Assembly (NCBI RefSeq): GCF_021869535.1
Contig: NW_026262690.1
Coordinates: 47,492,001 to 47,556,000, forward strand
From: Mytilus californianus
Taxonomy: Eukaryota
Direction: 5' to 3'
DNA length: 64,000 nucleotides
The stretch's first letter is position 1. The number at the start of each line of letters is the position of its first letter. The translations under genes were made by a program, and so were the position numbers. Positions 40,401 to 53,100 of the stretch are shown here, one piece after another. Under the pieces are notes generated by a model, which searched no databases, was not told where the DNA came from, and worked only from the letters and a program-made list of their open reading frames with translations.

Positions 40401-41265
40401 GCTTCTTTTGATGTTTCTTGATTTCTATCGAACAACTTAAAATATCGGAATATGGTAAACTGTATTTAACTCCCAGAATCAACAATTTTATAAATTGGGT
40501 ACGGGATGAGCACACAGACACCCTTTCTCACAAAGTAATTTGTGAACTGCTGTCTTATTAATAAAACTTTAAAACAAATAGTTCAGACAGAAGAGTATTT
40601 ATGTAAACTGTATTTATATGAATGAAAGTATATTTGGGTAAACGTCAACAAGACAGCAAAACTAACGACTCACAAATCCAAAATAATTAGAGGTCAATAC
40701 ACGGTTTATAATACAATATATCGAGCTCTGTATCGCCCCAAGTCTAAAAATATTGCAAATTATACAACAAAGACATGTCAAAGATCTGCCATTAAAACTA
40801 ACCCCCGAACAAATAAAGGAGAAAACATTAACATATAATAAAAGGCAACCTCAAGGACAGCCGGACACGTTAACATGTTGCGGGGTTAAGCTGTCTTTCA
40901 GGAACTCATTTATTTCATATTCAGTACAGGAAACCTCACTTAATTCTATAATAATGGTATAATTGATAATAATAACAAAAAAGCACAAGCAAAACAATAG
41001 TTAATAATACAGAAAAGTAGTACATCTTTGTTTCACCTTTGCAACATCACACTTAATATATACATACTATGGAGTGAATAAATACTCCTTTCATTTAGGT
41101 AACACATAAATGGAAACAATTGGTTAAATATAAATGTCTTAAATTCATTCATAAATTGACAATTATTCAAAATACATTATTATTATTATTTATAAACGTT
41201 TTTAAAAAAATTCTTTAAATGCACGACTTTTAACACATACTGTGAAAGTTTTTCTGTCAATCAAT

Positions 41266-44200
41266 CTACTGCTTTTCATTCATCATTTTCGTAAAAGCTG
41301 AAAAATAACAGTGTTAAAATTATTTTCTTGGTGAATAACGTGTTCATTGAGGATGGCAATATGGTTATATTTTCTATGGAATTAATCAAAAGAAGAAAAC
41401 GTCAGTTGTGTCGCAAAACTCTATAGAAATTCAGTACAGAATCGCTGGTTAAAAAGTGCACTATGAATAAAATAGAGTGGTTATGGTCAATGAGATGATA
41501 ACCCATCGATGAAAAAGACAGCTAGGGTTTACATACGGGTTTAAAAAATACGACAATGTCTCAATATATCCTGAGTCATTGAAATTTTTGAATAAAAACA
41601 TAGAATATCAAACATCTACCATCTACATCAAACTATAAAAAGAACAAAATATGAAAATATCCTCTGGCAAGATACCGCGTGAACATGTGCAGTGAGTCAA
41701 CTAATTATCAGTTCTTAAACCCATTTTCTTGATCCTCGAAATAACATAGAATTATATTTAACAAATATAACAATCAGCTAAGAAAAGCAGCTTCATAATA
41801 CTGTTATAACGGACAACATGTCAAGCAATCCTAAATAACAATCAGCTAAGAAAAGCAGCTTCATAATACTGTTATAATGGACAACATGTCAAGCAATCCT
41901 AAATAACAATCAGCAGAGAAAAGCAGCTTCATAATACTGTTATAATGGACAACATGTCAAGCAATCATAAATAACAATCAGCTAAGAAAAGCAGCTTCAT
42001 AATACTGTTATAATGGACAACATGTCAAGCAATCCTAAATAACAACTAGCTGAGAAAAGCAGCTTCATAATACTGTTATATTGGACAACATGTCAAGCAA
42101 TCCCAAATAACAATCAGCTAAGAAAAGCAGCTTCATAATACTATTATAATGGACAACATGTCAAGCAATCCTAAATAACAGCAGCTGAGAAAAGCAGCTT
42201 TATAATACTGTTATAATGGACAAAATGTCAAGCAATCCTAAATAACAATCAGCTAAGAAAAGCAGCTCCATAATACTGTTATAATGGACAACATGTCAAG
42301 CAATCCTAAATAACAATCAGCTGAGAAAAGTAGCTTCATAATACTGTTATAATGGACAGCATGTCAAGCAATCCTAAATAACAATCAGCTAAGAAAAGCA
42401 GCTTCATAATACTGTTATAATGGACAACATGTCAAGCAATCCTAAATAACAATCAGCTGAGAAAAGCAGCTTCAGAATACTGTTATAATGGACAACATGT
42501 CAAGCAATCCTAAATAACAATCAGCTGAGAAAAGCAGCTTCAGAATACTGTTATAATGGACAACATGTTAAGCAATCCTAAATAACAATCAGCTAAGAAA
42601 AGCAGCTTCATAATACTGTTATAATGGACAACATGTCAAGCAATCCTAAATAACAATCAGCTGAGAAAAGCAGCTTCATAATACTGTTATAATAGACAGC
42701 ATGTCAAGCAATCCTAAATAACAATCAGCTGAGAAAAGCAGCTTCAGAATACTGTTATAATGGACAACATGTCAAGCAATCCTAAATAACAATCAGCTGA
42801 GAAAAGCAGCTTCAGAATACTGTTATAATGGACAACATGTCAAGCAATCATAAATAACAATCAGCTAAGAAAAGCAGCTTCATAATACTGTTATAATGGA
42901 CAACATGTCAAGCAATCCTAAATAACAATCAGCTGAGAAAAGCAGCTTCATAATACTGTTATAATAGACAACATGTCAAGCAATCCTAAATAACAATCAG
43001 CTAAGAAAAGCAGCTTCATTATACTGTTATAATGGACAACATGTCAAGCAATCCTTAATACTGTCGTATCATAGAATGTTGGCTGTTGAAGTACACAAAC
43101 CTAAAGTACTGAACTGCTATCACAGAAATGTAGCATTATTCTCGTGTATCGGATGGAAACAATAATAGAAATGAAAATAAAGTATAAGAAGTAAAAAAAT
43201 ATATATCATCGTAAAGAATTTGACATCAAATTCCTAAAGTAGAATCATTTTTCCACAATGAATCCCTGTACTTGAGATCCCTGTCGTGAAGAATGTAGAA
43301 ATGAAAATATATGATTCATTGAAATCTGAGGAATCACTGTTGATAAGCGCATATCGAACCAACTGAGTGACGAAGAAGGTGCGAACCGAACATCATTTTA
43401 TAGAGAAGGAAAATAAAAAAAGTGAAAAGAAAATTGGTTGCCATTAATAAAAAATATTTAGAAAAATACGGAATGGCTAAGATTTGATTTTTTTTTCTTA
43501 GATAATTTAATATAGTCATATATGTTTAAGAACGTGCATTACAAAATAAATAAAATGAAATATATGAGTCATCTAAATATTTGAATATTTTCATTTGGAC
43601 AGGATAAAGTAGTCTCTGGTAATAAAATATTGTTGGCAGTATGAAAAAATTAAAGTGTATTTTGTTTTCATTGAAAATAAGACTGCTTGTTAATAAGGCA
43701 AAATTATTCTACCTTGATAGTATATTTTCCCCTCGCCGTCTACTTTAACTTCTTTTACTATTTTTCGAAACTCCACATCTGAAAAATTCTCTTCTCCAAG
43801 ACTTGTCATAATGTCTTTCAGTTCATGCAATTCTACAGAGCCATCTCCTTTCAGATCAAACTGTTTAAATGCTTCATTTGCTTCTTCCTCTTCATCTCTC
43901 GATGGGTCATGCAACTTTTTCGCATAATATAATAAAAAGTCATTTATATCAATTTTGCCATCACCTAAAATGAAAAAAATATTCAAAGCAAACGAGAACA
44001 AAAATCATCTATGAAAACAAAGTTCTAAAGAGTCGATGTAGTCGAAAATACGATAGCATGAATAATTACATTGCATGTATGTTAAACTTTAATTAGAAGC
44101 CGACAATTTGATTAGTAGGGAACAATCGCAAGGCAGTCCAAAAGTACATTTTATTTCACAATGAAATGAAACATTAATTTCTACAAGTGCTTCCAATGAC

Positions 44201-45517
44201 AACATCACAACATAGGAAAACAAATGAAAAGCTTGAAATAACTCGTAATTTCATGGTTGTAGCATTAAAATTTTATCATTAGAAATGAATGCTTCTCTTT
44301 TATAATTTTATAGAGCTTGAAGACTGTTGATCGTGCGCACATGATGTTTAATACAAAATGTTTTTTTCAGTGAACTCTTTTACACTCAACAAAATTTCAA
44401 ATCGAAGCATTTAATTCTTAAGTCGTGTTCATTTTATTTTTTTGCTTTTGCTTAACAATTCGACAAGTTATTTGAAATTAACCAAATAGTTAAAGATTTT
44501 ATCAAACTGAATAGACATTCCGCTACACAGGGCATACATGTCAATATTATATTGATTTTGGTTTTACATGATTTAATTTTTGCTGATACAATTTATTTTT
44601 TTAATCGGATCTAACCGTGTATTCAATGAAAACATCTGAAGTATTTTGATAAGGTATGGATTTGCATATAATTTTAAAAATGACAAAGTCTCAATCCATT
44701 TCTTACAGAGCCTATGTATAAGAGATAATGACATAGGTAAACAGTGAGCAGTTACGAAACGTCTATTTTCTACTTACTTTCCATACCATCGGAGTCTATT
44801 GCCTGGAACATATCTAACAGTTCTTTTTCTGTAGGATTACAACCTGTACTACGTACAACTTTTGCTACGTCATCTCTTGATAGATTCCCAGTTTCGTCAG
44901 CTTCAAACAAGGCGAAAGTTTCTCTGATTTCTATAAAGAGAATAAGATATGTTACTAGGTATAAAATGATACAAAATGCACAGACTTATTGTGGGGTTCG
45001 TGTTGCTCATTCTTTAGTTTTCTATGTTGTGTTTTGAGGACTGTTGTTTGTCTTTTGGTCGTGTTTCGTATGTTGCCATGGCGTTGTCAATTTGTGTTTG
45101 ACTTATGAGTGTTAATACGCCTTTGGTATGTTCCTCATTTCTTTTCTAATGCTATCTCATCAAAATTATCTTTCAATCTAACAACTGAGGATTCATAGGA
45201 TTATAGACGTTTTGATAGTGTTTTTCAAGTGGTGTGTGTTTTACTCATCTTACCTCTTTCTTCTTCCTTTGTTAAAAGTCCTGCCTGTAAAAGATGAAGA
45301 CTTTTTTGCAGAAAAAGGGTAAATTGTCATTACAGTCACTAAAAGTAATTCAAATGTAAAACGTATATCTCTCTCATATTATAAAAAAGGAGATGTGTTT
45401 AACTCACTACTAGGTTTTTATCTTGTAAAAAACATAACTATTGAAACTGGTCTGTTAGTAAGAGAAATTATGCGAAATTTACAAATTATAAAAGCTGTAA
45501 AAGTCTTAACTTACCAT
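41266..45517 (-). CDS. Calmodulin-like protein D (153 aa)
   Basis: Minus-strand exons: ATG 45517-45515|gtaagt, 45284-45254 (31 nt), 44930-44787 (144), 43964-43713 (252) and 41297-41266. MAGLLTKEEEREIRETFALFEADETGNLSRDDVAKVVRSTGCNPTEKELLDMFQAIDSDGDGKIDINDFLLYYAKKLHDPSRDEEEEANEAFKQFDLKGDGSVELHELKDIMTSLGEENFSDVEFRKIVKEVKVDGEGKIYYQAFTKMMNEKQ*. Confidence 0.88.
41765..43056. repeat. Tandem array, 68-bp unit x19, in the last intron of gene D
   Basis: aaataacaatcagct(a/g)agaaaagcagcttcataatactgttataatggacaacatgtcaagcaatcct; highly homogeneous copies. Confidence 0.95.
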
Positions 45518-45844
45518 GATTTAGCTGGTACATGTAACTTCAAAGTTTGACATTTTTTCAAATTTGTCGCAGTAAATATCAAACAATAAATCATTTAAAT
45601 TGAAAAAAGACCGATATAAGCAGTCAAACATATCATTGGTTTTGCCCTGACAAAAGATTTTATTGTCTATCTGTTACCGAATCGACATAGAAAGCAATAT
45701 TGATTTGAAATATCTAACTGTGTACCAAACTTTGAAGTATACAATAATATATGAAGATATCAAGTAAAGAGGTGACAACTCTATGATATGTTTTCTGCAT
45801 AGTCTCTCGAAGCTAGAGATTATATAGGGCTTTTACTATATATA

Positions 45845-46510
45845 TTTGGAAAATGCTGTTTGTGCTGTATTTAGACCCCTCTACCAAGAAAATTGTTTTA
45901 CATACACACGTATGAAAAATGCGGTTTTTATCCAACGGAATCATAGGTTTGAACGTTGTTTTCAATTTAGACTTGTTTATATTTTTTCGTTTGGGCTTGT
46001 ATTATATTTTCCTTCGGGTTTATATGATCCGTTCATCCTATTTCGACTCTTTAAAATCCAAGAGTCTATCCTAAATTGAGGTAAATTATTTGGCCTTCCA
46101 AATACCATTTCGACCCCTAACATCACTGAAGAGACATTAATTGTCGAAATCCGGATATGGTGTAAAAATTTCTGCACCTCATGTTTGCGGTATACCATCT
46201 TCTCCGCAAGTTTATTGTTTTCTGTTTGGTATTAAATTAACAATTAAGATCTATGTTACATCTCGTGATCAATTTATTTGGCAATCGTCAATGGCAGTCA
46301 GCAGGGTTTAAGAACATCAGTTGTTCGACCTGTTAGTCAAATGCGATTTGTTAAAATATACTTTTCACTTTTTTAGTCATTTTGAAAATGTTGTTTGTGC
46401 TGTATTTAGACCCCTCTACCAAGAATTTTTTTTACATGCACACGTATAAAAATTGCGGTTTTTATCCAACGCAATCATAGGTTTGAACGTTGTTTTCAAT
46501 TTAGACTTGT
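45845..46510 (+). mobile_element. Retrozyme/PLE-like element: ~130-bp direct repeats enclosing a hammerhead ribozyme
   Basis: 45845-45976 matches 46381-46510 (period about 535 bp); hammerhead at 46120-46163 between them. Confidence 0.55.
46120..46163 (+). ncRNA. Minimal type I hammerhead ribozyme, intact core
   Basis: ACATCA-CTGAAGA-GAC-ATTAATT-GTC-GAAA-TCCGGA-TA-TGGTGT: stem I ACATCA/TGGTGT, core CUGANGA, stem II GAC/GUC, GAAA, palindromic stem III TCCGGA, AUA cleavage triplet. Confidence 0.8.
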
Positions 46511-46529
46511 ATATATATATATATATATA

Positions 46530-46678
46530 ATTACTCTAAATATCAGCACAACAATGTTAAATCTGCAAATTTGCGCAAGCAAATTTTTGTTCTTCCCTCG
46601 CCGGGATTCGAACTCATGGGATATCGAGACAACACCGCCTGCACTGTGTCCAGCGCTCTAGACCACTCGGTCACCTAG
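46530..46678 (-). mobile_element. tRNA-derived SINE-like unit with a (TA)n tail
   Basis: Minus strand: A-box TGACCGAGTGGTCTAGAGCG, B-box GAGTTCGAATCCC, then a body ending at (TA)n 46511-46529; partial second copy at 47058-47149. No complete cloverleaf. Confidence 0.7.
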
Positions 46679-48589
46679 ACTGAACTAATAATTCAGCTTT
46701 CGGTGGCCTAGTGTTACCTTTCCTCGTCAGTAGAATCTAGAGTTGTAACACAGTACATGATATATTAGGCATGAAGATTGAATTGATTGCAGATTAGCTA
46801 AATATCTATCGTAAAGGATCGTAAGATACAGTCACAGAAATAATTATTTTGATAAGTACGTCTAAACAAGTGACAACTCTACGACAGATCCATCAATTGG
46901 ATCACCAGTGAAGGTGATACACGGCTGACAACACATATTATATTCATAATTACTCTAAATATCAGCACAACGTCTAAACAAGTGACAACTCTACGACAGA
47001 TCCATCAATTGGACCACCAGTGAAGGTGATACACGGCTGACAACACATATTATATTCATAATTACTCTAAATGTCAGCACAACAATGTTAAATCTGCAAA
47101 TTTTCTGAAGCAAATTTTTGTTCTTCCCTCGCCGAGATCCGAACTCATGCATACATATATATATATGTCTGCCTATTTGTAGTGACAACTGTAAATTATA
47201 CCTTATCCATCTGATTTCTTATGATTAAGAAATACCAGGCGTTAAAATATTTATAAAGTGCCTAGAAAATCAACCTAACAATGTTACAGTAGATCTGATT
47301 CTTTACTTCCTACCCGACCGGGGCTGGAACCTGTACTTTTCACTACACATACCTATATATATGCAAATCCTTTCATACTCTTTTACCATTTCTGGGTCGT
47401 CACCATTGCTGTTGGACAATCCACCCTGTAGTCATGCAGTGCTTCGGTATAAGCATTATTGAAATGATGCATTTTGTCTGTACTCTGCATCGGAACTGTT
47501 ACTGTTCTATTCTCATGAAACTTGTTTGACGACCTCACAAACTTTTGGCAAGAAGAGTTATTGTTCATGAAATTGTAACTCTGTGTACTTCTTTTTGTCG
47601 TGCTGATATTCAGTTAGTTTAGTGTATAGTAATAAATGAACAATGAAGAAGTGTAGATCAAATGTAAGTGTTTTGGTTACTTTAAATGGACTTTTGACAT
47701 TATTTGGGATATTAAATTGGATAAACTTTTTTTTATGGAGACAAGTTCACAAGAATAAAGCTGTGTTCACATAATCTGCCCTACCTAGAATTTTTGTGTG
47801 TTTAACTTTGTTTTCTTTTGTTTTTATTTGTATAATGAGGAGTTGCAGACTAAGTTTGCGTTATTTCCTCTTTGCCTACTACCCATGAACCAGTCACATA
47901 TCAGGAGCCTGTAATCCAGTAATTGTCTTTGGTTGCTGTCTATCATATTTGTTTTCGCTTATTGTTTTATAATAAATCAGACGGTAGGTTATCTCGTTTT
48001 TTTTTTTAACATATTGTCATTACGGGGCCTTTTATAGTTTACCTTTAGAAGGGCAACTGGAAGCTTCTGAATAAGGATTTTGCTGCACATTTATATGGTT
48101 CTCTAGACATGTTATTGCTAAAGCTCTGGAATGTTTTGGATTTGACATTATGTTTGTCTTATTTTTCAAACTATATTTATTCTCATTTTCGATATATCCA
48201 GAATTTAATAAAAGTATAATTTATCAAAGCGACAGTATTGACAAAAGAAAATAAAAAAATTAAATATGACACATCAAAAACAAAACGCCTGCCAATGTCA
48301 GATTTGATGAATTTTAGAAGTTATTATGAAACTAAGGTTCCAACTGTCTCAGGCAAAGTTGACCTACGATGGACATAGCACCTCATGTGTTCAAGTATTT
48401 ATGCATCCTTCATTGAAACAAATATGTAACAGATGAAGTACCTTAAATACAAAAAAAAGAGAAGTTTAAAGAAGTACTTTGGCATTTTACTTGTGTAATC
48501 AGAAAAAGCGCACTCATTTTATAAACTCTAACACTGAGTCAATATCGTTGCTTCTGGATTGCGATGGTATGCTCAGTTCAGTAGTCAGT

Positions 48590-48785
48590 GCTGGATATTC
48601 TTAAGCACCCAAGATCACCCCCGGTTTTTGTGGGGTTCGTGTTACTTGGTATTTAGTTTTCTATGTTGTTTTTAGTATACTGTTGTTTGTCTTTTGATTT
48701 TATTTGTTTTTTGCCATGCTGTTGTCAATTATTTTTCAACTCACGAGTTTGAATATCCATTTGGTATCTTTCGCCTCTCTTTTGC
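48590..48785 (+). mobile_element. Solo 3'-terminal fragment of a Penelope-like element
   Basis: gcacccaagatcacccccggtttttgtggggttcgtgtt...ggtatctttcgcctctcttt matches the 3' end of the RT-encoding copy (63605-63783); similar pieces at about 44990-45140 and 53830-53945. Confidence 0.65.
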
Positions 48786-49299
48786 ACGTGCTTGTCTATC
48801 GATTTATATTTATTTGCATCTCGGGCTTGACCGTCGGCAGTCTTGACTCGATGGTTAATAAGATGGCGTCTAGTCCTTATATATGCACGAAATAAGGATA
48901 GTTTATTACGGTTTCGTGCAATGTTTATTGTTTCCTATGGAATGTTTGTGATTCTAGTAAATATTATAGTTTGCTATAAATCAAATTAAAGAGTTTGAGT
49001 CTATTCGGTGGTAACGCATTTTGCAGCTTATGTCATTTTAAGTTTGAACAATACATACGGTCATAAAAAAATGAGGACAATGACGTGAAAAAAATACTAT
49101 GTACCTTTGTTGCCTGAATGAGTTTAATTTCCAATTTTAAAACAACTGCGAAAAGGTTGAATAACACCATCGGGATTTCGTTTACCGTTAAAAGAGCAAA
49201 TAGGAGAAATTTGACACCGTTTAAAAGAGAGAGGAGAGTTTGACCTTGAATACCGTCATGGTCATTAAAGATTGCATATTTTGGCGTTAATATTGATTC

Positions 49300-49934
49300 A
49301 CTTATAGGGTCTTTGCATCGGCACTAAACACATTTATTTAAAAACCAGTTGTTGGCATGACACGGGTTATGTTCTTCTCATATATGTTATGATGGTATGA
49401 TACTAAACCCCTAACGGGAAGGATTGTGCCTGATATTCATATGATGAAGACATAATCTTTCAATCAGTTTAATTGAAGTCTGTTGTTATTTATGTATTAT
49501 AGTCATTTTGTTTATTTTCTTTGGTTACATCTTCTGACATCAGACTCGGACTTCTCTTGAACTGAATTTTAATGTGCGTATTGTTATGCGTTTACTTTTC
49601 TACATTGGCTAGAGGTATAGGGGGAGGGTTGAGATCTCACAAACATGTTTAACCCCGCCGCATTTTTGCGCCTGTCCCAAGTCAGGAGCCTCTAGCCTTT
49701 GTAAGTCTTGTATAATTTTTAATTTTAGTTTCTTGTGTACAATTTGGAGTTTAGTATGGCGTTCATTATCACTGAACTAGTATATATATTTGTATAGGGG
49801 CCAGCTGAAGGACGCCTCCGGGTGCGGGAATTTCTCGCTGCATTGAAGACCTATTGGTGACTTTCTGCTGTTGTCTGTTCTGTGGTCGGGTTGTTGTCTC
49901 TTTGACTCATTCCCCATTTCCATTCTCAATTTTA
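49300..49934 (-). mobile_element. Longest local copy of the abundant interspersed repeat
   Basis: Same family as 12775-13094 and 35841-36382; lies just 3' of gene E. Confidence 0.8.
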
Positions 49935-50163
49935 TGGTAACTTGATAGCAGTATGACAAAATAGCAAAAATAGCATGAAAATGTTCCGCTCTGTTGTGTC
50001 TTGCTCATGTTATTCCAGGAAATTTTCTTTTTAAATTGTAATTTAAAAAAATTATGGACTAATTATAAATGAATAAGCATTTTTATTGTATATATTCACT
50101 GCTTATGAAAAAGTTGTCAAAAGATGTTTTCTTAAATGCTATCATCCATGTTGAAGCGCTATG

Positions 50164-53100
50164 TCAGAACTTCTTATTCATCAATCTAGTAAACTCTGCA
50201 ATAACAAAAATACAAATAGCTGTTAGGTAATAACAAAATACAAAGTTTTATTGCAGAATTTTTTCTATTAAAGTTACATTGCTTCTAATATCCAACGTAA
50301 TTACATATGATTAATTTACAGTTTGTATCTACGGAATACTTTAATGAAGAATAATATGCATATATACGGATTAATATATATAAAGTACATTGTTATTATA
50401 CCATGCAGTATTATAAATGTAACATAAATACCCTCGAGTCCGGTTATTTCGTTCATCATGCAAGTTTGTTCACTCCCTTAGGACAACGTTAAATGAACGG
50501 TAAGTTCTTGCTAACAAAAAGTAAAATAACAAAATATACCGAACTCCAAAGAAAATTCAAAACGGAAAGTCCCTTTTCAAATGGCAAAATAAAAAGCTCA
50601 AACACATCAAACGAATTGAAAACAACTGTCATATTCCTGACTTGGTATAGGCATTTTCTTATGTAGAAAATGGTGGATTAAACCTGGTTTTATAGCTAGC
50701 TAAACCTCTCATTTGTATGACAGTCGCATATAATTCCATTATATTGACAAAAATGTGTGAGCAAAACAAACAGAAATAATGGGTAAAAATGTCAAAAATT
50801 GGGTACAGCAGTCAATATTGTTAGTAAATAATTTTGTTTTAAACTGTTTAACAATTTCGATGAAGATAGAGTCCAAAAATCCAAAACAAGTAACTTTTGA
50901 ACACAGAAATATGTGTTGCGATAAAAAACGATGCTTTTGACTAGCTTCAACAACTTTCAACGTAGGAGTCATACAGCTTTAAACATGATAGAAATTACCG
51001 GTCAGCATCGTATATATCAGTTATTAGACACGGTAAGTGTCTTTTTCCAACAGTTAGTTTCTTTTTTATATCACTGTTTCCTTGATTGATACAATTGAGG
51101 AAAGCAAATTAAAACATGATCGAATTGACTTCGTTTGTACTTTTCTTTATTTACTTAAACCTGTTTACCACGTTTATAAAAAAGGAAAGAATTTTTTCCA
51201 TACATTTCATGAGTATTCATTTTGTTTTAACATTTGTTATTTTAATTTTTATAACAGGTACATTCCTTCATTATAAAAATTGTAGGCCATAATGAGTTGT
51301 TACTAATTTTGCTACCTGTGTACTATGAAATAGAAAGCTGAAGTAGATCCCATTATAAAAATCTTTTCTATTAGTTTTAGCGATTTTTTCAAAGTGTTTT
51401 TTTTTAGTATAACATTAAAAAAAAGAAGATTTTTTTCTTCTATGTTTTGACTTCAAGTAAAACTAGAAAAAACATTAAAGAAAAACTGCTACTGTCTATA
51501 GTGCATCAGAAATTTGATTTCTAGAACACAATGCATGTCTACCAGGGTGTGCTTACCCTGCTGACCCACTTGATCTTGCCACGATTGAAGATCAAACGAT
51601 TTTGGTTGTTCTCACTCCTATCGTTGTCTATGAATTGCAACTAATCATCGGTACCCTATCTTAAATTCATATAAAACTGACCTGTATAATCTACTTTACC
51701 ATCAAAATCAACATCAGCCTCTTTTATCATTTCTCGGAAATCTGCTTCCGACATTTTTTCATCTCCCATCGCGGTCATTACTGTTTTAAGCTCGTGTAGA
51801 TCTATATAACCATCACCATTTAGGTCGAACATTGAGAAGGCTTCTCGTGTTTCTTGTTCTTCGTTTCGTAGAGGATCATAAAAATGCTTAGCGTAGTACT
51901 CCAAAAACTGATTAAACTGAACTTCGCCATAGCCTACAATATGGAAATGGTGCTTTTACAAAATTATAATTCTTATTGCAATACGGTGCTTGTTTGAACT
52001 CTCTGCTGAAGGCCGATTTGTGCCGTTGAAATCTTTGCAACTTTCTTTTAGTTATTTAATATTTATTTTTCGTTACTTTTGTCTCGTTTTTTTTTTAACA
52101 TTATAAAATGTTCAACTCTTTCAAAAATCAATATGATATCTATCTGATACAGCAAATATGAGCAGGTAAACCCCACTTCTACTGGTATAAGTCCTATGAT
52201 GTTATACGAAACTACCTGCAAGATTTAATCTGTTTTAAATAATAGATAGTTTAAAAAAACGGAAAAAGAACTCTTTATAAGCGTCCAAACGCTTTTCTGG
52301 ATTTATCTTCACCAGTAACGCCGAAAATTTGAATGCCAAGGATGTTCAAATGTTGGAACAAATTTTTTCAACACATTCAGTCTTCATGGAGAGTTTCCAC
52401 ACGATTTTGAGAAATTATTTAAATTAGTTAATCGTGCAAGACAGAATCTATCAAAAAAATGTATTTTGATAATACTATAAAGTTTATAGCAAGATAACTT
52501 ATAAAATATAATTGGGACGGTTGTTAAAAGACAATCCTGGCCTGCATGGTAGAATTAATCTTTCCTATTTTTATAGCTGAGGTTAAGTGAAAATACAAAC
52601 CATCAGTATCGATTGCTTTAAACATTTCCTCTAGTTCTTTTTCTGTCGGATTACAACCTGTATTCCTAACAACTTTAGCGATTTCCTCTCGCGAGAGTGC
52701 TCCTGATTTATCAGCATCGAATAATTCAAACGTACTTCTGATATCTGGAACATAAGGAATGCTTAATGAAATAAATTGAATTCATTAACACATGTATTCA
52801 TATTTCTATTTTATGATCATGGCCGTTACTATTAAAATATACAGTCAACATGTATGGTAAACCATTCTGAAGAGAAGAATCTAACGGGTAGGTTTCAAAC
52901 TAACATCTAAAGGGGATGCTTCAAACTAACAGTGTTTGTATTAAATCCCGATGATGTCAGGCAATCGCCAATAGTTTCAATTATGTTCATTTAAAGAGAT
53001 TTTGCCCTTCGTGAAAAAGTATTAACAAAAATACCGAACTCCAAGGTAAATTTAAAAAAGGGGAAGTCTACAAAACCTCGAAAAAAATCAAACGCTCGAC

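Noticed and set aside
34398-43056. CRISPR-like appearance of the 43-bp and 68-bp arrays
   Set aside because: Units are contiguous with no unique spacers, there are no cas genes, and the context is eukaryotic introns.
46590-46678. Functional tRNA gene
   Set aside because: A and B boxes are present but no consistent acceptor and anticodon stems can be drawn; it continues into a SINE-like body and (TA)n tail.
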